DNA of 62,807 bases, filler included, from Limisphaerales bacterium (GCA_044225505.1; 6 parts of 5 records of this genome joined end to end with filler, not necessarily neighbours in it), one strand, 5' to 3'; positions 49,452 to 59,867 are shown, numbered from the whole stretch's first letter. The notes: generated by a model from the letters alone, not told the origin. Translations and numbers: made by a program.

Positions 49452-51134
49452 TTACTTGTTGATAGCTCTGAAAAACAAAGTCTCTTCTCCCGCCTGGCGT
49501 GGACGGGTTAGGGTGAGTGGTTCGGTTGTCGCGGTGAACTCCGTCACGAGCGACCACTGCCTTAGGTTGGTTGAGGCTTCGAGCCGGCAATTTGACCCTG
49601 GGGCGCCTTGAATTTGCAGATCGAAGCCATTCTGACCGTTGATCCCGAAGCGAGTGAAGCGCAACGGCACGGCGAGATTGGGGCGGCTTAACTTCGTCAG
49701 GAACGTGGGTCTGCGCGAAGCGGGGCGTGCCGTGGTGATCGGAAAGTCCTGAGAACTCGAGAAACCTGTTAAAAACACGGCCCCGTTTGGCGCCACGGCG
49801 ATGCCGCTGCCAACATCGGAGGCGGTTCCTCCGAGGAACGTGGCCTCCAGCAACGCCCCGCTCGCGGGGTCGAGCCACCCCACGAATACGTCGGCCTCGC
49901 CCTTGAGACTCGTCTGGACAGCCCCGGCGGTAATCGGAAAATCAGGGGAGAGGGTCGTGCCGACGACGACAATCGAGCCTGAGGCATCCGCCGCCAATCC
50001 AAAGACGGTGTCCGAATTCGTGCCGCCGAGGCGCTTGATAAACCGAAAAGCAGACCCGTCCGCTGCGAGTTTGGCGACAAACCCATCGCTGCCGTTGTCC
50101 AGGTCGCTGGCCACATAGACATTTCGGTTTCCATCCAACGTCAGGTCACCAGCCGCGGCTAGGGCCGTGGTAAAATCGACAACGTCATTCAGCTTGCTTC
50201 CTAAGTAAGTCGAATAGTCGAGGTCTGAACCAGCGGGATTGAACTTGGCGATGAAGGCATCCACCCCGCCCGCGAGCTCCGCTTGCGCGGGAGTGCGGGT
50301 GGGAAAGTTGAAGGAACTGGTTATCCCGAAGACATAGCAGGCCCCAACCTCATCAACCGCGATCGCCACTCCCGAGTCAACGGCGCTGCCTCCGAGAAAG
50401 GTCTTGAAAAGAAACTTAGTTCCTTCCGGATTAATTTTCACAACAAAACCGTCCGTCGTGCCGTTCAACCGACGTTGAAACGTCCCAGCCGGAATTGGCG
50501 CATCGCGCACATTCGGAACGATGAAATCGGTGGATCCGGTAAATCCGGTCACATACACCGCGCCAGTTCGATCCACGGCAATGCCCCGCCCTTGTTCATT
50601 GGCTTTTCCCCCGAGCAGCGTGGAATAGACAATCTGCCCCTGGGGGCTGAGTTTCACAACAAACGCATCTGTCTCCCCGAAACGTTGGAATTGCGGCCCG
50701 CCCTTGATCGGAAAATCGCTGGAGCCGGTTGTGCCGACGACATAGGCGTTTCCCAGGGCGTCGACCGCAATGCCTCCGGCAATGTCTATACCAGCTCCGC
50801 CCAAGACGGTCCGATAGATGACCGATTGCCCATCGGAATCGACTTTAGTAACGAAAACGTCGGTCGAGGTGCTGTTGGTTTCGCCCCCCGTGCTCAGGAC
50901 GTAAGCCGCGCCTAGCGAATCAACCACCACCCGCAAGCCAAACTCGGTGGATGTGTCCGTGCCGATTAAAATCGACGAATCAAGCGTTTGGCTAGACGCC
51001 GCAAGAGTCAGCGAACTGGCGCTGGCGGCCATCCCTGGCACTGGCACGGACAAGGAGAGCCCCAATAGAAACTTCCAGAACCATGCTTTTTGTGGCCAAT
51101 CCATAGATCCGACGAATTCGGCGGCATGCATCAT
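49452..51134 (-). CDS. Secreted SBBP (beta-propeller) repeat protein with Verrucomicrobia C-terminal domain
   Basis: Repeats Y.T.LGG...D...GIAVD..G..YV.G.T.S.DFP...DAFV.K; ends G.PGSNCRLEASTNLRQW...LFFRA. Confidence 0.9.
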   Translation of the reverse strand: MMHAAEFVGSMDWPQKAWFWKFLLGLSLSVPVPGMAASASSLTLAASSQTLDSSILIGTDTSTEFGLRVVVDSLGAAYVLSTGGETNSTSTDVFVTKVDSDGQSVIYRTVLGGAGIDIAGGIAVDALGNAYVVGTTGSSDFPIKGGPQFQRFGETDAFVVKLSPQGQIVYSTLLGGKANEQGRGIAVDRTGAVYVTGFTGSTDFIVPNVRDAPIPAGTFQRRLNGTTDGFVVKINPEGTKFLFKTFLGGSAVDSGVAIAVDEVGACYVFGITSSFNFPTRTPAQAELAGGVDAFIAKFNPAGSDLDYSTYLGSKLNDVVDFTTALAAAGDLTLDGNRNVYVASDLDNGSDGFVAKLAADGSAFRFIKRLGGTNSDTVFGLAADASGSIVVVGTTLSPDFPITAGAVQTSLKGEADVFVGWLDPASGALLEATFLGGTASDVGSGIAVAPNGAVFLTGFSSSQDFPITTARPASRRPTFLTKLSRPNLAVPLRFTRFGINGQNGFDLQIQGAPGSNCRLEASTNLRQWSLVTEFTATTEPLTLTRPRQAGEETLFFRAINK

Positions 51135-51385
51135 TGGAATTTAAGGCAAACAGGCCAAATATCTTGCTGGTCGCCGGCTGTGTCCGGAATCGCTGTGCCT
51201 ACGGCGGTACGACTGGTTTGGCGCTCGCCCGGGTATATTTCGCAGATATTCCAATCCAACACAACCAATTCGATGTGACTTCGAAATGGCGCGAGAGTGA
51301 GCCACCGGCACCTCCTCGCGGTTTGCTGATAACAATTTCTGTCCGCTTTTGATGTCGGCGTCCATCTTAGGGGTAGAACACAGTT

Positions 51386-52792
51386 ATGAACGATCTGGAT
51401 TTGCTGAGACAATTTGCCGAACGCCAAACCGAGAGTGCCTTCGCGAATCTGGTGACGCGCTATTCCGGTCTCGTCTACGCCGTTGCTCTCCGCCAAGTGC
51501 ACAATCCGCACCTGGCTGAAGACGTGACCCAAACCGTTTTCTTGTTGCTCGCGCGTAAAGCCCGAAAGCTGAGCCGCGGCACGATCTTATCGGGATGGCT
51601 CTTCCAAACAACCAGGTTTGTCAGCGCCGATGCCTTGAAAACTGAAATGCGCCGCAAAAATCGGGAGCGCCAGGCCATGGAGCTTGGTGCCGTCGCTTCG
51701 CCAAGCGAATCCACAGGGGGCGAGGGTCTAGTTCCGTTCGTGAATGAATCGATCGGGTGCCTCAAACCAGTCGAGCGCGACGCTGTGTTGCTCCGATTTT
51801 TTGAAAAAAAGACCTTCTTGGATATTGGGCTGGCCTTGGGCGTGACCGAAGAAGCAGCTCGCAAGCGCGTCGATCGCGCCTTGGAGAAGATGCGTCTTTT
51901 TTTTGGTCGGAAAGGCATCACCATTTCTGCCGTTGCCTTGGGCGGTGCGATCGAGACCCTGTTCAGCACTTCGGCCCCGCCGGCGTTGGCTGGAATTCTG
52001 ACCAAAGCAGCGCTGTCTGTTCCCGTGTTTGGTTTCTCCCAAGCATTGTGGCACGCCGCGACGGCAAGCCCACTGAAGACGGCGCTGGCCGGAGGCGCTT
52101 TCCTTGCGGTGACGGCTGCGGCCTGGGTTCAGTGGGAGACCAATTCGCGGCTGAGCAACGCCAATCGTGAGCTCCGGCAGAATGAACAACAGTTGCTTGC
52201 GGCGAGTCAGCGCCAAGGCGAAGAATTGCGCGCCGCGCGCGACGAGATCCTCAGCTTGCAGCGGGCCACCACCGAGTTGCACCGTTTGCGCAACGAGGTT
52301 GGTCAATGGAAGCGGGGTCTGGCCGACGCGTCTGAGCCCGAAGTCGAAAGCGGTCGTCAGCAACCCGCTGAAGCCGGGCCACGAGCCTTTGAACTGCGCC
52401 TTGTGTCCGCCGAACCGAGCGGCGATACGGAATCCGTTTCCATGTCTCGGCTCAGTGGCGAGGGCGAGTGGATCGAGGTGAAGTTCGAAGTGCGGAAAAC
52501 CGCGGCGCTCGATGAGGCGCTGATCGAAGCGGCTGGGGTTCAGAAGGATCCACTTTCGGGAGCTTCCCAAGTCTGGATTCGATTCGACGAGCGCGGGCGT
52601 GAACAGCTTGCGGAGATCACGAAAGAGAACTTGAACAAGCAGCTGGCGGTGTTCGTCGGCGGGAAATTGAAATCCGTGCCGGTGGTTCGGAATCAGATTG
52701 CGGATGGGCAAGCGGTGGTGGAGGCCGCGACCGAAGATGAAGCCAAACAAATGGCGGCGCTCGTCAACGACTCGGTTCGGCAGCGACAGTAA
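51386..52792 (+). CDS. ECF sigma-70 factor with C-terminal TM, coiled coil and SecDF P1-head-like domain
   Basis: D..LL..F......AF..LV.RYSGLVY; AEDV.Q.VF..LARKA; WLF; ERDAVLLRFFE...IGLALG..EEAARKRVDRALEK. C-terminus IRF...G...LAEITKEN..KQLA..V.G.....P.V...I..G. Confidence 0.9.
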   Translation: MNDLDLLRQFAERQTESAFANLVTRYSGLVYAVALRQVHNPHLAEDVTQTVFLLLARKARKLSRGTILSGWLFQTTRFVSADALKTEMRRKNRERQAMELGAVASPSESTGGEGLVPFVNESIGCLKPVERDAVLLRFFEKKTFLDIGLALGVTEEAARKRVDRALEKMRLFFGRKGITISAVALGGAIETLFSTSAPPALAGILTKAALSVPVFGFSQALWHAATASPLKTALAGGAFLAVTAAAWVQWETNSRLSNANRELRQNEQQLLAASQRQGEELRAARDEILSLQRATTELHRLRNEVGQWKRGLADASEPEVESGRQQPAEAGPRAFELRLVSAEPSGDTESVSMSRLSGEGEWIEVKFEVRKTAALDEALIEAAGVQKDPLSGASQVWIRFDERGREQLAEITKENLNKQLAVFVGGKLKSVPVVRNQIADGQAVVEAATEDEAKQMAALVNDSVRQRQ

Positions 52793-53067
52793 CGCCGCCG
52801 CCGACATCCACCAAAAGTTGGGGTGAAAAGCTGGGCTCGCCGTCCGCGCACTCAACAAGGCTTTGCTGGCTTTCACGCAGTCAACAAGCCGAATCGGTTC
52901 AGAGAAATCCCGATCCGCACGATTCCAGCTTTCAAGCCTGCTCTCCAGCCGGTAGAGTCACTGGGTGAGAAACGGTCGAGAAGCGGCCGGGATGCGAGCA
53001 CGCCGATCGACTGAGTCTTTTTCGAGTCGCAGGTTGAAGTCGGCGATGAGCCTGATGCCGACGAGTG

Positions 53068-53167
53068 NNNNNNNNNNNNNNNNNNNNNNNNNNNNNNNNN
53101 NNNNNNNNNNNTTAATTAATTAANNNNNNNNNNNNNNNNNNNNNNNNNNNNNNNNNNNNNNNNNNNN
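53068..53167. other. Artificial contig linker
   Basis: N run with TTAATTAATTAA. Confidence 0.98.
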
Positions 53168-56100
53168 TTTAATTGATCGATTTGGACGTAAGCGTCAGCC
53201 AATGGGATGCTCGCGAACGGATTCGAATCCAGGACCGAAAGATCTACTCCTAAAACGATGTTCGCTTTAAACGAGGCTTCGACCGTTCCCGCCAGGGAAA
53301 GGTCCAGCCCTAGTCCCGCCGCGCCTGGCCCCAGCCCCTCTGTGGTCACGTCGATGGCCAGGATCTTCTCAAGATCCACCTGGATCAGCATTCTGAACTC
53401 GTTCGAGCTGTTGAATTGTCCACCGCTAAGACTGAATGATCCTTGCGGCAATCCACCATCAGTCGCGCCCAGCCTGATCCGCAACGCTTCGATGAAAACA
53501 TCAATCAACCCCTCCATACCGGGATCACTCGACGCAAGGTAGAGATCGATTTCCGGGGTCAGATCCAGGAACCCCTCAAGATTAATCCCGGACGAACTTT
53601 CGGACAGCAGTTCGGACAAGGTATCGCTTCCCGGGTTCAGCATTGGCAGTGGAAAATGGAGCGCGGGCAGTGTTTCGGCATCGCCCAGGACCTCTCCGAT
53701 TCGTTTCAGTTGCAGGACCAGACCGCCTATGCTTTCTACGGCACCTCCGCTATTCTCGCCTAGGAGGTAGACGTTGGGATCGACGCCAAACATGTTTGTG
53801 GACTTTGCCAGAACGGTATAGTCGTCCGAAAAACTGTTTGCGGGCAGGCGCAACAACAGGTCACCGAAAGGCAGAATGGATACCGCCCCGGTTGACTGGA
53901 TGGTTGCCAAATCGCTGGTGGTCAACAAGCCATCGCCGACGGTGGGATCGAAAACGTCCAACCGTAACGAGGCGACCAGATCGCTCTCTCCTTGTCCAAT
54001 ATTCGCTTCATTTTCACCCTCAAGTTGAGAAGACCCCGTCAGATTGGCCGAGCGGCTAGCGACAGATTCTTGAACGTCGAGCACGCGGATTCCAAAGCGC
54101 TGATCATCGGCAAGCGTCGCCGATAGGTAAAAGCTCACAGTTACTTCCACGGTCAGGCTGTATTCGCTGCTTAACGAAGGAGCCTCGGGAAGTGCGATCC
54201 CCAAGTTTACCGCTTCATGACCGAGGGCCGTATCTGAACCAGAAACAATCGCATACTTGAAACGTAGTGGAATCTGCGCCTCCCCGTCGTCGGAGGTATA
54301 GCTCCAGCCCAACCCCAAAGTGGACACGCCAGCTTCGGCAAAGAAATCCGCGAGATCAGCCAGTGTGGGGGTGGTCAGGAGCCGTAGGTCCTGGGCAAGT
54401 TGCCCTAGCGTCGCCGCCACCGCCGTGGACAAATTCAAATGGCTGCTGAGTGACTGATTCAGGCCCGCCACGAGAGCGTCCGTGAGCTCAGGGCGCGTCG
54501 CATAGCCCGCCACAATGGTCGAGCCGAGTTGATCAAGCCCAGCGGCAAACGCTTGGACTTGAGCGGTCGTAAGCCCGATTTCGGTATTAGCGGCCTGTGG
54601 AATTGGGCGTTGGGGCGAATCGCGATCTGACATATCTACCGGCAGCCGCACTGGAAATGGAGTTCGCCGGCCAAACATGACTCCGTAAGATTGGACAACC
54701 GAAAGCGCGTCTGCCTCCGACAGAACATGGCCGGTGGAAATGCGGGTGGCCACGGGGGTAATGCCCAGAGCGCGCAGAATCTGATTCTGACCGTCCAAGG
54801 TCGAGAACATGCCAGCATGACTGTTGTCTTCGTCGGGGATGGCATCTCCCGTGAGGTCTTGACTGACCACTTCATGGAGCACGATCTTCCCTTCGGCTAT
54901 CTTCGGATCGACCTTCGGTCCAAAAGGATCGTAAATATCGTGGCTGGATTGCAACGGCACCGACCCATCCCCACCTGCAGGAACCAGTTCTTCAAAATAC
55001 CATGTCTCGCCGGGCGCAGCGTTATGACCGCCGAGAGTTCCAAACGGCGATATCAAATCAAAACCGACCGGCCCGGTGCGTTCATGGATTCGGACGGAGG
55101 TCGTTGGCGCTTTCGGGCCGCCCGTCGAATAAAGCACTGTCAACGTCCCGCCCAAGCTTAAAACGAAGTCCGTTGGCGAAAGCTTCGCAATGGAACCTGA
55201 GGAATACGACCATGTGCCATCGTCGAGCGTCCCGAGGGTGTACTGAAGGTCGAGTCCAGCGTTAAGGTCTAACAGCAAATCGTTCCGTTCGCTCGGCCGC
55301 TTCGCGTTGAAGGGATAGAAATCGTGAGCGATGACCTCTCCGTCATAGATTTTGTCAACCTGGTAGAAATCGTAGGTGGCAAGCAGTGCGCGGAACGTGG
55401 GTGTGTAACTGACGATGAACTGCTCTCGAGTAAGCGCGGGATGAGTTGAATCGACGCCTTCAATAGTGTAGTCACCAGCCACAATATCTTGCCCGGACAG
55501 GTGCTGTTCGTAGGCGTTGGCCATAAACATCCCCAGGATCTTGTAGGTGATATCGGCGCCCCAGTCGTCTTGCAGCATCGTATAGGGACGCGGCGCCCCG
55601 CGCATGGGCACCCCAACCGTGATCATATTATTAATGGTTGGGAGGTGAATCCCTTGGCTTGAGGTTCCGCCGTAAGCTGCGCTTTGAAGGTATACTCGCG
55701 TCACCAAACCGCCGGTGCTATGGGCCACGACATCGACCGAATCGGGTGTGCTTCCGCCATGAAGGCCTTGCCATGCTCGAACGGCTTCTTCCAGCCAATA
55801 CCCCAAATAGTCGACTCCATAGGCAAGGTCCCCATCCGTGATCTTCGCTGCGGTCAGGTCGGTTCCGTCGAGGTCCTTAATGACACCGTCGTAAGCGCTG
55901 TAATCAGTCGAGGCACTCCGATTTGCCGCCGAAGCCGGCCCTGGAGCATTCCGCCAATCGTATTTCGCGACAAACAAGTCCTCCTCCAAGAGGTATCCGT
56001 GCTGAGTCAGAGTATAAATGAAATCGTCGTAATATCGGGCTAACGGATCGATAACCAGATCCCGAGGGCCAAAGCTACGGTGTAGGTACCAATCATCGAT

Positions 56101-56968
56101 AGAATCTGAGTTTGGGAACATTCCACCGATCCCAGGAACAAAGACCAGCGGTCGATCTGGAGCGTCCCCTACCCGCGTCGGCAACTTGTGCAGGCCGAAA
56201 TACCAGTTGGCCTGCGTCTGGCCCGACGCTAGGTTGAACACCGGAACCTTTCCGGACTTATCCGCATCGTTGTCAGACAAGTCGTTGCCAATGTTCAGCG
56301 GAGAGAGTACATAATCTGCGGGTGCTGTTGAGAGGTCGACTTGAAGGTAGTAATCCCCCGCAGCAAGGTTATCGAAGGAATAAATCCCGGAGAGATCCGA
56401 TCGAACGGTTTTGACTAAAGTGTTCCTGGCTGTGAAGAGAGAGATCTTTACTCCGTCGAGCCTGGGCTCATTCAACGCCAGCATTCCATCGCGATCTTTA
56501 TCATCCCAGACTTTGCCCGAGATCGTTCCTTGAGGAGATTGCAAACGGATGTTGTTGAGAGCGATCTGCCCAGGCGGGCTGTTGGCGGCCGTCAGTGTTT
56601 CGACGGCGATCGCTGCTGCCTGGTTACTCGGCAATAGTAGCGTCGGCGCTTCTGCGGCTGCGTCGGTCACAGAAGGAGTCGTCACTTCCAACGGGCTTTC
56701 GGGAGATGCCTTCGTAGCTCTGCGACCTCGCGCCTTCTTCCTCGTCTGGGACTTTATCGAACGGCTCTGCTTCCAACCCGGCGAAGAGATCCACTTTCGG
56801 TTCGGACGCGGCGTCCACTGGAGCGGGAAATTGGGCAACGATCGTCCCATCCATCGATGTCTCAGCGGCTGCAGATGCAATAGCGGCATCGGTTGCGACA
56901 AATCCATCGCTGGACAGCAACAGACGCACTTCCAAGCTTTCGAGCAAATAATGGTGTCGGCGTGACAT
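53168..56968 (-). CDS. Large LEPR-XLL extracellular protein with SdrD-B repeat and alpha/beta-hydrolase (lipase-like) domain; 5' frameshift, 3' truncated
   Basis: MSRRHHYLLESLEVRLLLS (ATG 56968) is in a different frame from the main ORF (shift near 56705-56730). ISGKVWDDKDRDG (SdrD_B); FVPGIGG, YDWR, VAHSTGG, GDGSVP, SHAGM. Confidence 0.82.
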
Positions 56969-57220
56969 CTTTCCGACGGGAGCTTGAGTGACGCGCTTGA
57001 GAATAAGCGTCTCTACGGAAAATGGAAGCAGATACTTAAGCAAAGAAGGCTTTTCTTACGATCGGACCGTCGTTGAAGCTTACAGCGGAACCGCAAAAAG
57101 CGCCGGCCGTGCGCGGGGCGTGGTGCGCGTTCACTTGAAAACGGGCTAAGACCCCGCCCAATCCTTGACCTCCCAGCACACCGGGTGTATCGAGAGAACC
57201 GTCCGATTACGCAATTGGTT

Positions 57221-57463
57221 ATGACAACTTACGTTTACGAAACGATCCCATCGAAAAAAGGAGAAAAGCCTCGTCATTACGAACTCAAGCAAGCCATGAA
57301 GGACGCTCCCTTAACCAAGCATCCTGAAACGGGCGAGCCGATCCGCCGAGTGCTTACGGGTGGATTTGGCGTTCTTAGCTCCAAGCCATCGTCCGCGAAG
57401 TCGGGCCCGGCACCTTCACCCCGCCGAGGCGGTTGTGGCGGTGGGGCGTGCGGTTGCCATTGA
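57221..57463 (+). CDS. FmdB-family small regulatory protein (Cys-less ribbon variant)
   Basis: MTTYVYE...YELKQAMKDAPLTKHPETGEPIRRVLTGG...GGCGGGACGCH. Confidence 0.82.
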   Translation: MTTYVYETIPSKKGEKPRHYELKQAMKDAPLTKHPETGEPIRRVLTGGFGVLSSKPSSAKSGPAPSPRRGGCGGGACGCH

Positions 57464-57493
57464 TCGCGAGAAACCTCGTGCTCGGCGCAGCAG

Positions 57494-58309
57494 TTACGGT
57501 CGGAGCAGTGAGACAATAGTGCGGAACTTCTTAGGATTGTCTCCCGGATTCTGAGCGCTGGCAGCGTCATCGCCCGGATCCCAAAGCTTGGAATCAAAGG
57601 CTGCTTTGGTCGTGCTGAACGCGACGTGCATATCCCCCCAGAGGGCGTTAATCCCAATCGGGTTCCGTCCCGATGTGTGCGGTCGTGTGCGCACCGTGTA
57701 GATCAAGTCGGTGACGATCGATCTCTGACTTACCAGTTGCGACGATTTTTCGGCAACTAAACGCCACTCTTCTTCCCCAGCCTTAGGGACCTCGCGGAGG
57801 GCGCGATCGGATTGCGGATAGTACATGTAATTCCCTCGCACGCCGTCCCGTTTGTCGTCACTTTTCGGCCAGGCGTACTTGGCGTTCTCGTAATACTTGA
57901 GCTCGAAGCGAACAAGAATGAGGTCTGGGTGACGCACGCCAGGATCGTAATACGTCTTCGGAGTGGTGATCAGCTTCGTCGTATAGAGATACGCCAGGTT
58001 CAATGGATTGTTGGTATCCGCCGGCCGGCCGGCTGTTCCGTTAAATAGAAAATAGCTCTGAAATGGTCCCGAGCCTGGGTCTTTCTCCGGATTAAACAGC
58101 GTTGGGGGCAAACGGTCCTGCTCATCGTCTGCGTACAAGGCGACTCCCAATCCAAGCTGTTTGAGGTTGTTGGTGCAGGCAATTCGCAGGGCGCGGTTTT
58201 TCGCGCCGCTCAGCGCGGGCAGGAGCATTCCCGCCAGAATCGCGATGATGGCAATCATTGGTCGTGCCTGTCGCGGAAGCCTGAAAACCGGAGTGAGGTA
58301 AGCATTCAT
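57494..58309 (-). CDS. Prepilin-like (DUF1559-type) protein lacking the GFTLIELL cleavage motif
   Basis: [33 protein letters not shown] and H..G....GINALWGDMHV. The upstream motif is absent. Confidence 0.8.
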   Translation of the reverse strand: MNAYLTPVFRLPRQARPMIAIIAILAGMLLPALSGAKNRALRIACTNNLKQLGLGVALYADDEQDRLPPTLFNPEKDPGSGPFQSYFLFNGTAGRPADTNNPLNLAYLYTTKLITTPKTYYDPGVRHPDLILVRFELKYYENAKYAWPKSDDKRDGVRGNYMYYPQSDRALREVPKAGEEEWRLVAEKSSQLVSQRSIVTDLIYTVRTRPHTSGRNPIGINALWGDMHVAFSTTKAAFDSKLWDPGDDAASAQNPGDNPKKFRTIVSLLRP

Positions 58310-58577
58310 GGAACCGGTAATCTGTTAGCCCAACCAGAAATCGACGCTACACCGTCCCGGCCCTGCGTCAAAACAAATCGCCACTGGATGTCAAATTCCA
58401 GTTCCCCCAGGAACCGGCCGTCATCGAGTTTAGCTCGGAACCAACCCCATGGGCTGACCCCAATCTGCGAACCTAGGACAGTCTCTTCCCCAGGGGCCAA
58501 TCCCCGCAGGCGCGACCGCCGGTTGACGTCGCGCCAGCGCCTTCCTTGCTCGACAACCCGAGTTGGTTCGCCAGAAG

Positions 58578-59867
58578 CTAAATCGCCCAGCCCGGCCGAT
58601 AATGATGCTGAATCAATGGTTCAGCGTCGGGCGCGTTGACCGCTCGCAGTTCCTTGGCGTTCCATTCCAGCCGTTTTCCGAGACGATAAGCGACATTGCC
58701 CAGCAACGCCGTCTCGCTCAACGGGCCTGAGTAGTCAAAGTTGCAGGTAGTTTTGCCACCGGTTTTGCACGCTCGAATCCACTCTTTGTGGTGCCCGACC
58801 GAATCTTTAATGAACGGTGTCGGTGGGACAAACCCGGCGAAGTCCTTTTCCGGCAAGAGCAGGTGTTTCGAATAGTCGGACAGCAGCATGCCTTTACTAC
58901 CGACAAACAGGACGCCGCTCTTCCAGTTAGCGGCTTGTCCTGGGGGAAGTTGCGACGGCTGTTTGCCCCCATGATACCAAGTGAGTTGCACGGGTGGGTT
59001 CTGCCCGCGGCCGGGAAATCGATAGCGCACAATTAGCCAAGGCGGTGTGGATTCCGAGCTCACGGGAGGCCCGTCCACCGGTTCGACGGAGTCTGGATAC
59101 TGCAAGTCCAAAGCCCAGAAGGGCAAATCCATGAAATGGCATCCAAAATCGGCCAGCGAACCGCCTCCAAAAGCCCACCAATTACGCCATTTGAAGGGAA
59201 CGTAGCTCGGATGATAGGGCCTAGGATCGACCGGCCCGAGCCAGAGATCGTAGTGCAGGTTTCCAGGGACGGGCGGTGTGTCTGCCGGTCGTTCCATTCC
59301 GCCGTACGCGGCGTTGACCCAGACGTGCACCTCTTGGACCGAGCCGATCGCATTGGATTGAACGAGCTCGACCACGCGCCGATAGTTCGCTCCAGCGTGA
59401 ATCTGGGTTCCGATCTGCGTGACGCGCTTTTGCGCTCTGGCAGTGTCCGTGATCAATCGCACTTCCGAGACCGTTCGGGCCAGCGGTTTCTCACAGTAAA
59501 CGTGATAGCCGCTGCGCAAGGCCGCCATCGCCGCGACCGCGTGGCTGTGGTCCGGGGTGGCGACCACGACTGCATCGATCCCCTTCTGCTCGATCAGGCG
59601 GCGGAAATCATTGTAAGTTTTCGCTTTGGGATGCTTCTCCGCGGCGGCGGCCAGGTAAGTGTCATCCACGTCGCATAGCGCGACAATATTCTGGCTGGAG
59701 ACGTTCGAAAGGTCGTAATTGCCCTGGTTTGCCACACCGATCACGGCAATATCCAGTTTTTCGTTGGCGGACGCGGCCCGAGCCGAGGTCGGGCATACCA
59801 GCCAAGGCATCGCTCCAACTGCGGTCGTGTGCAGAAGAAACTGACGTCGAGTCATTCGATTTTTCAT
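58578..59867 (-). CDS. Tat-exported Gfo/Idh/MocA family oxidoreductase
   Basis: TRRQFL twin-arginine signal; IAVIGV, VALCDVD, ATPDHSH, YCEKPL, DFGCH. Confidence 0.93.
   Translation of the reverse strand: MKNRMTRRQFLLHTTAVGAMPWLVCPTSARAASANEKLDIAVIGVANQGNYDLSNVSSQNIVALCDVDDTYLAAAAEKHPKAKTYNDFRRLIEQKGIDAVVVATPDHSHAVAAMAALRSGYHVYCEKPLARTVSEVRLITDTARAQKRVTQIGTQIHAGANYRRVVELVQSNAIGSVQEVHVWVNAAYGGMERPADTPPVPGNLHYDLWLGPVDPRPYHPSYVPFKWRNWWAFGGGSLADFGCHFMDLPFWALDLQYPDSVEPVDGPPVSSESTPPWLIVRYRFPGRGQNPPVQLTWYHGGKQPSQLPPGQAANWKSGVLFVGSKGMLLSDYSKHLLLPEKDFAGFVPPTPFIKDSVGHHKEWIRACKTGGKTTCNFDYSGPLSETALLGNVAYRLGKRLEWNAKELRAVNAPDAEPLIQHHYRPGWAI

Noticed and set aside
51728..52876. 382-aa minus-strand ORF (likewise 47777-48796 +, 19768-20577 -, 27107-27868 +)
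   Set aside because: Antisense shadows of well-supported genes in GC-rich DNA.
9365..53167. Five identical TTAATTAATTAA palindromes within N runs
   Set aside because: These are artificial contig-joining linkers. Gene adjacency across them has no biological meaning, and ORFs ending in them are truncated.
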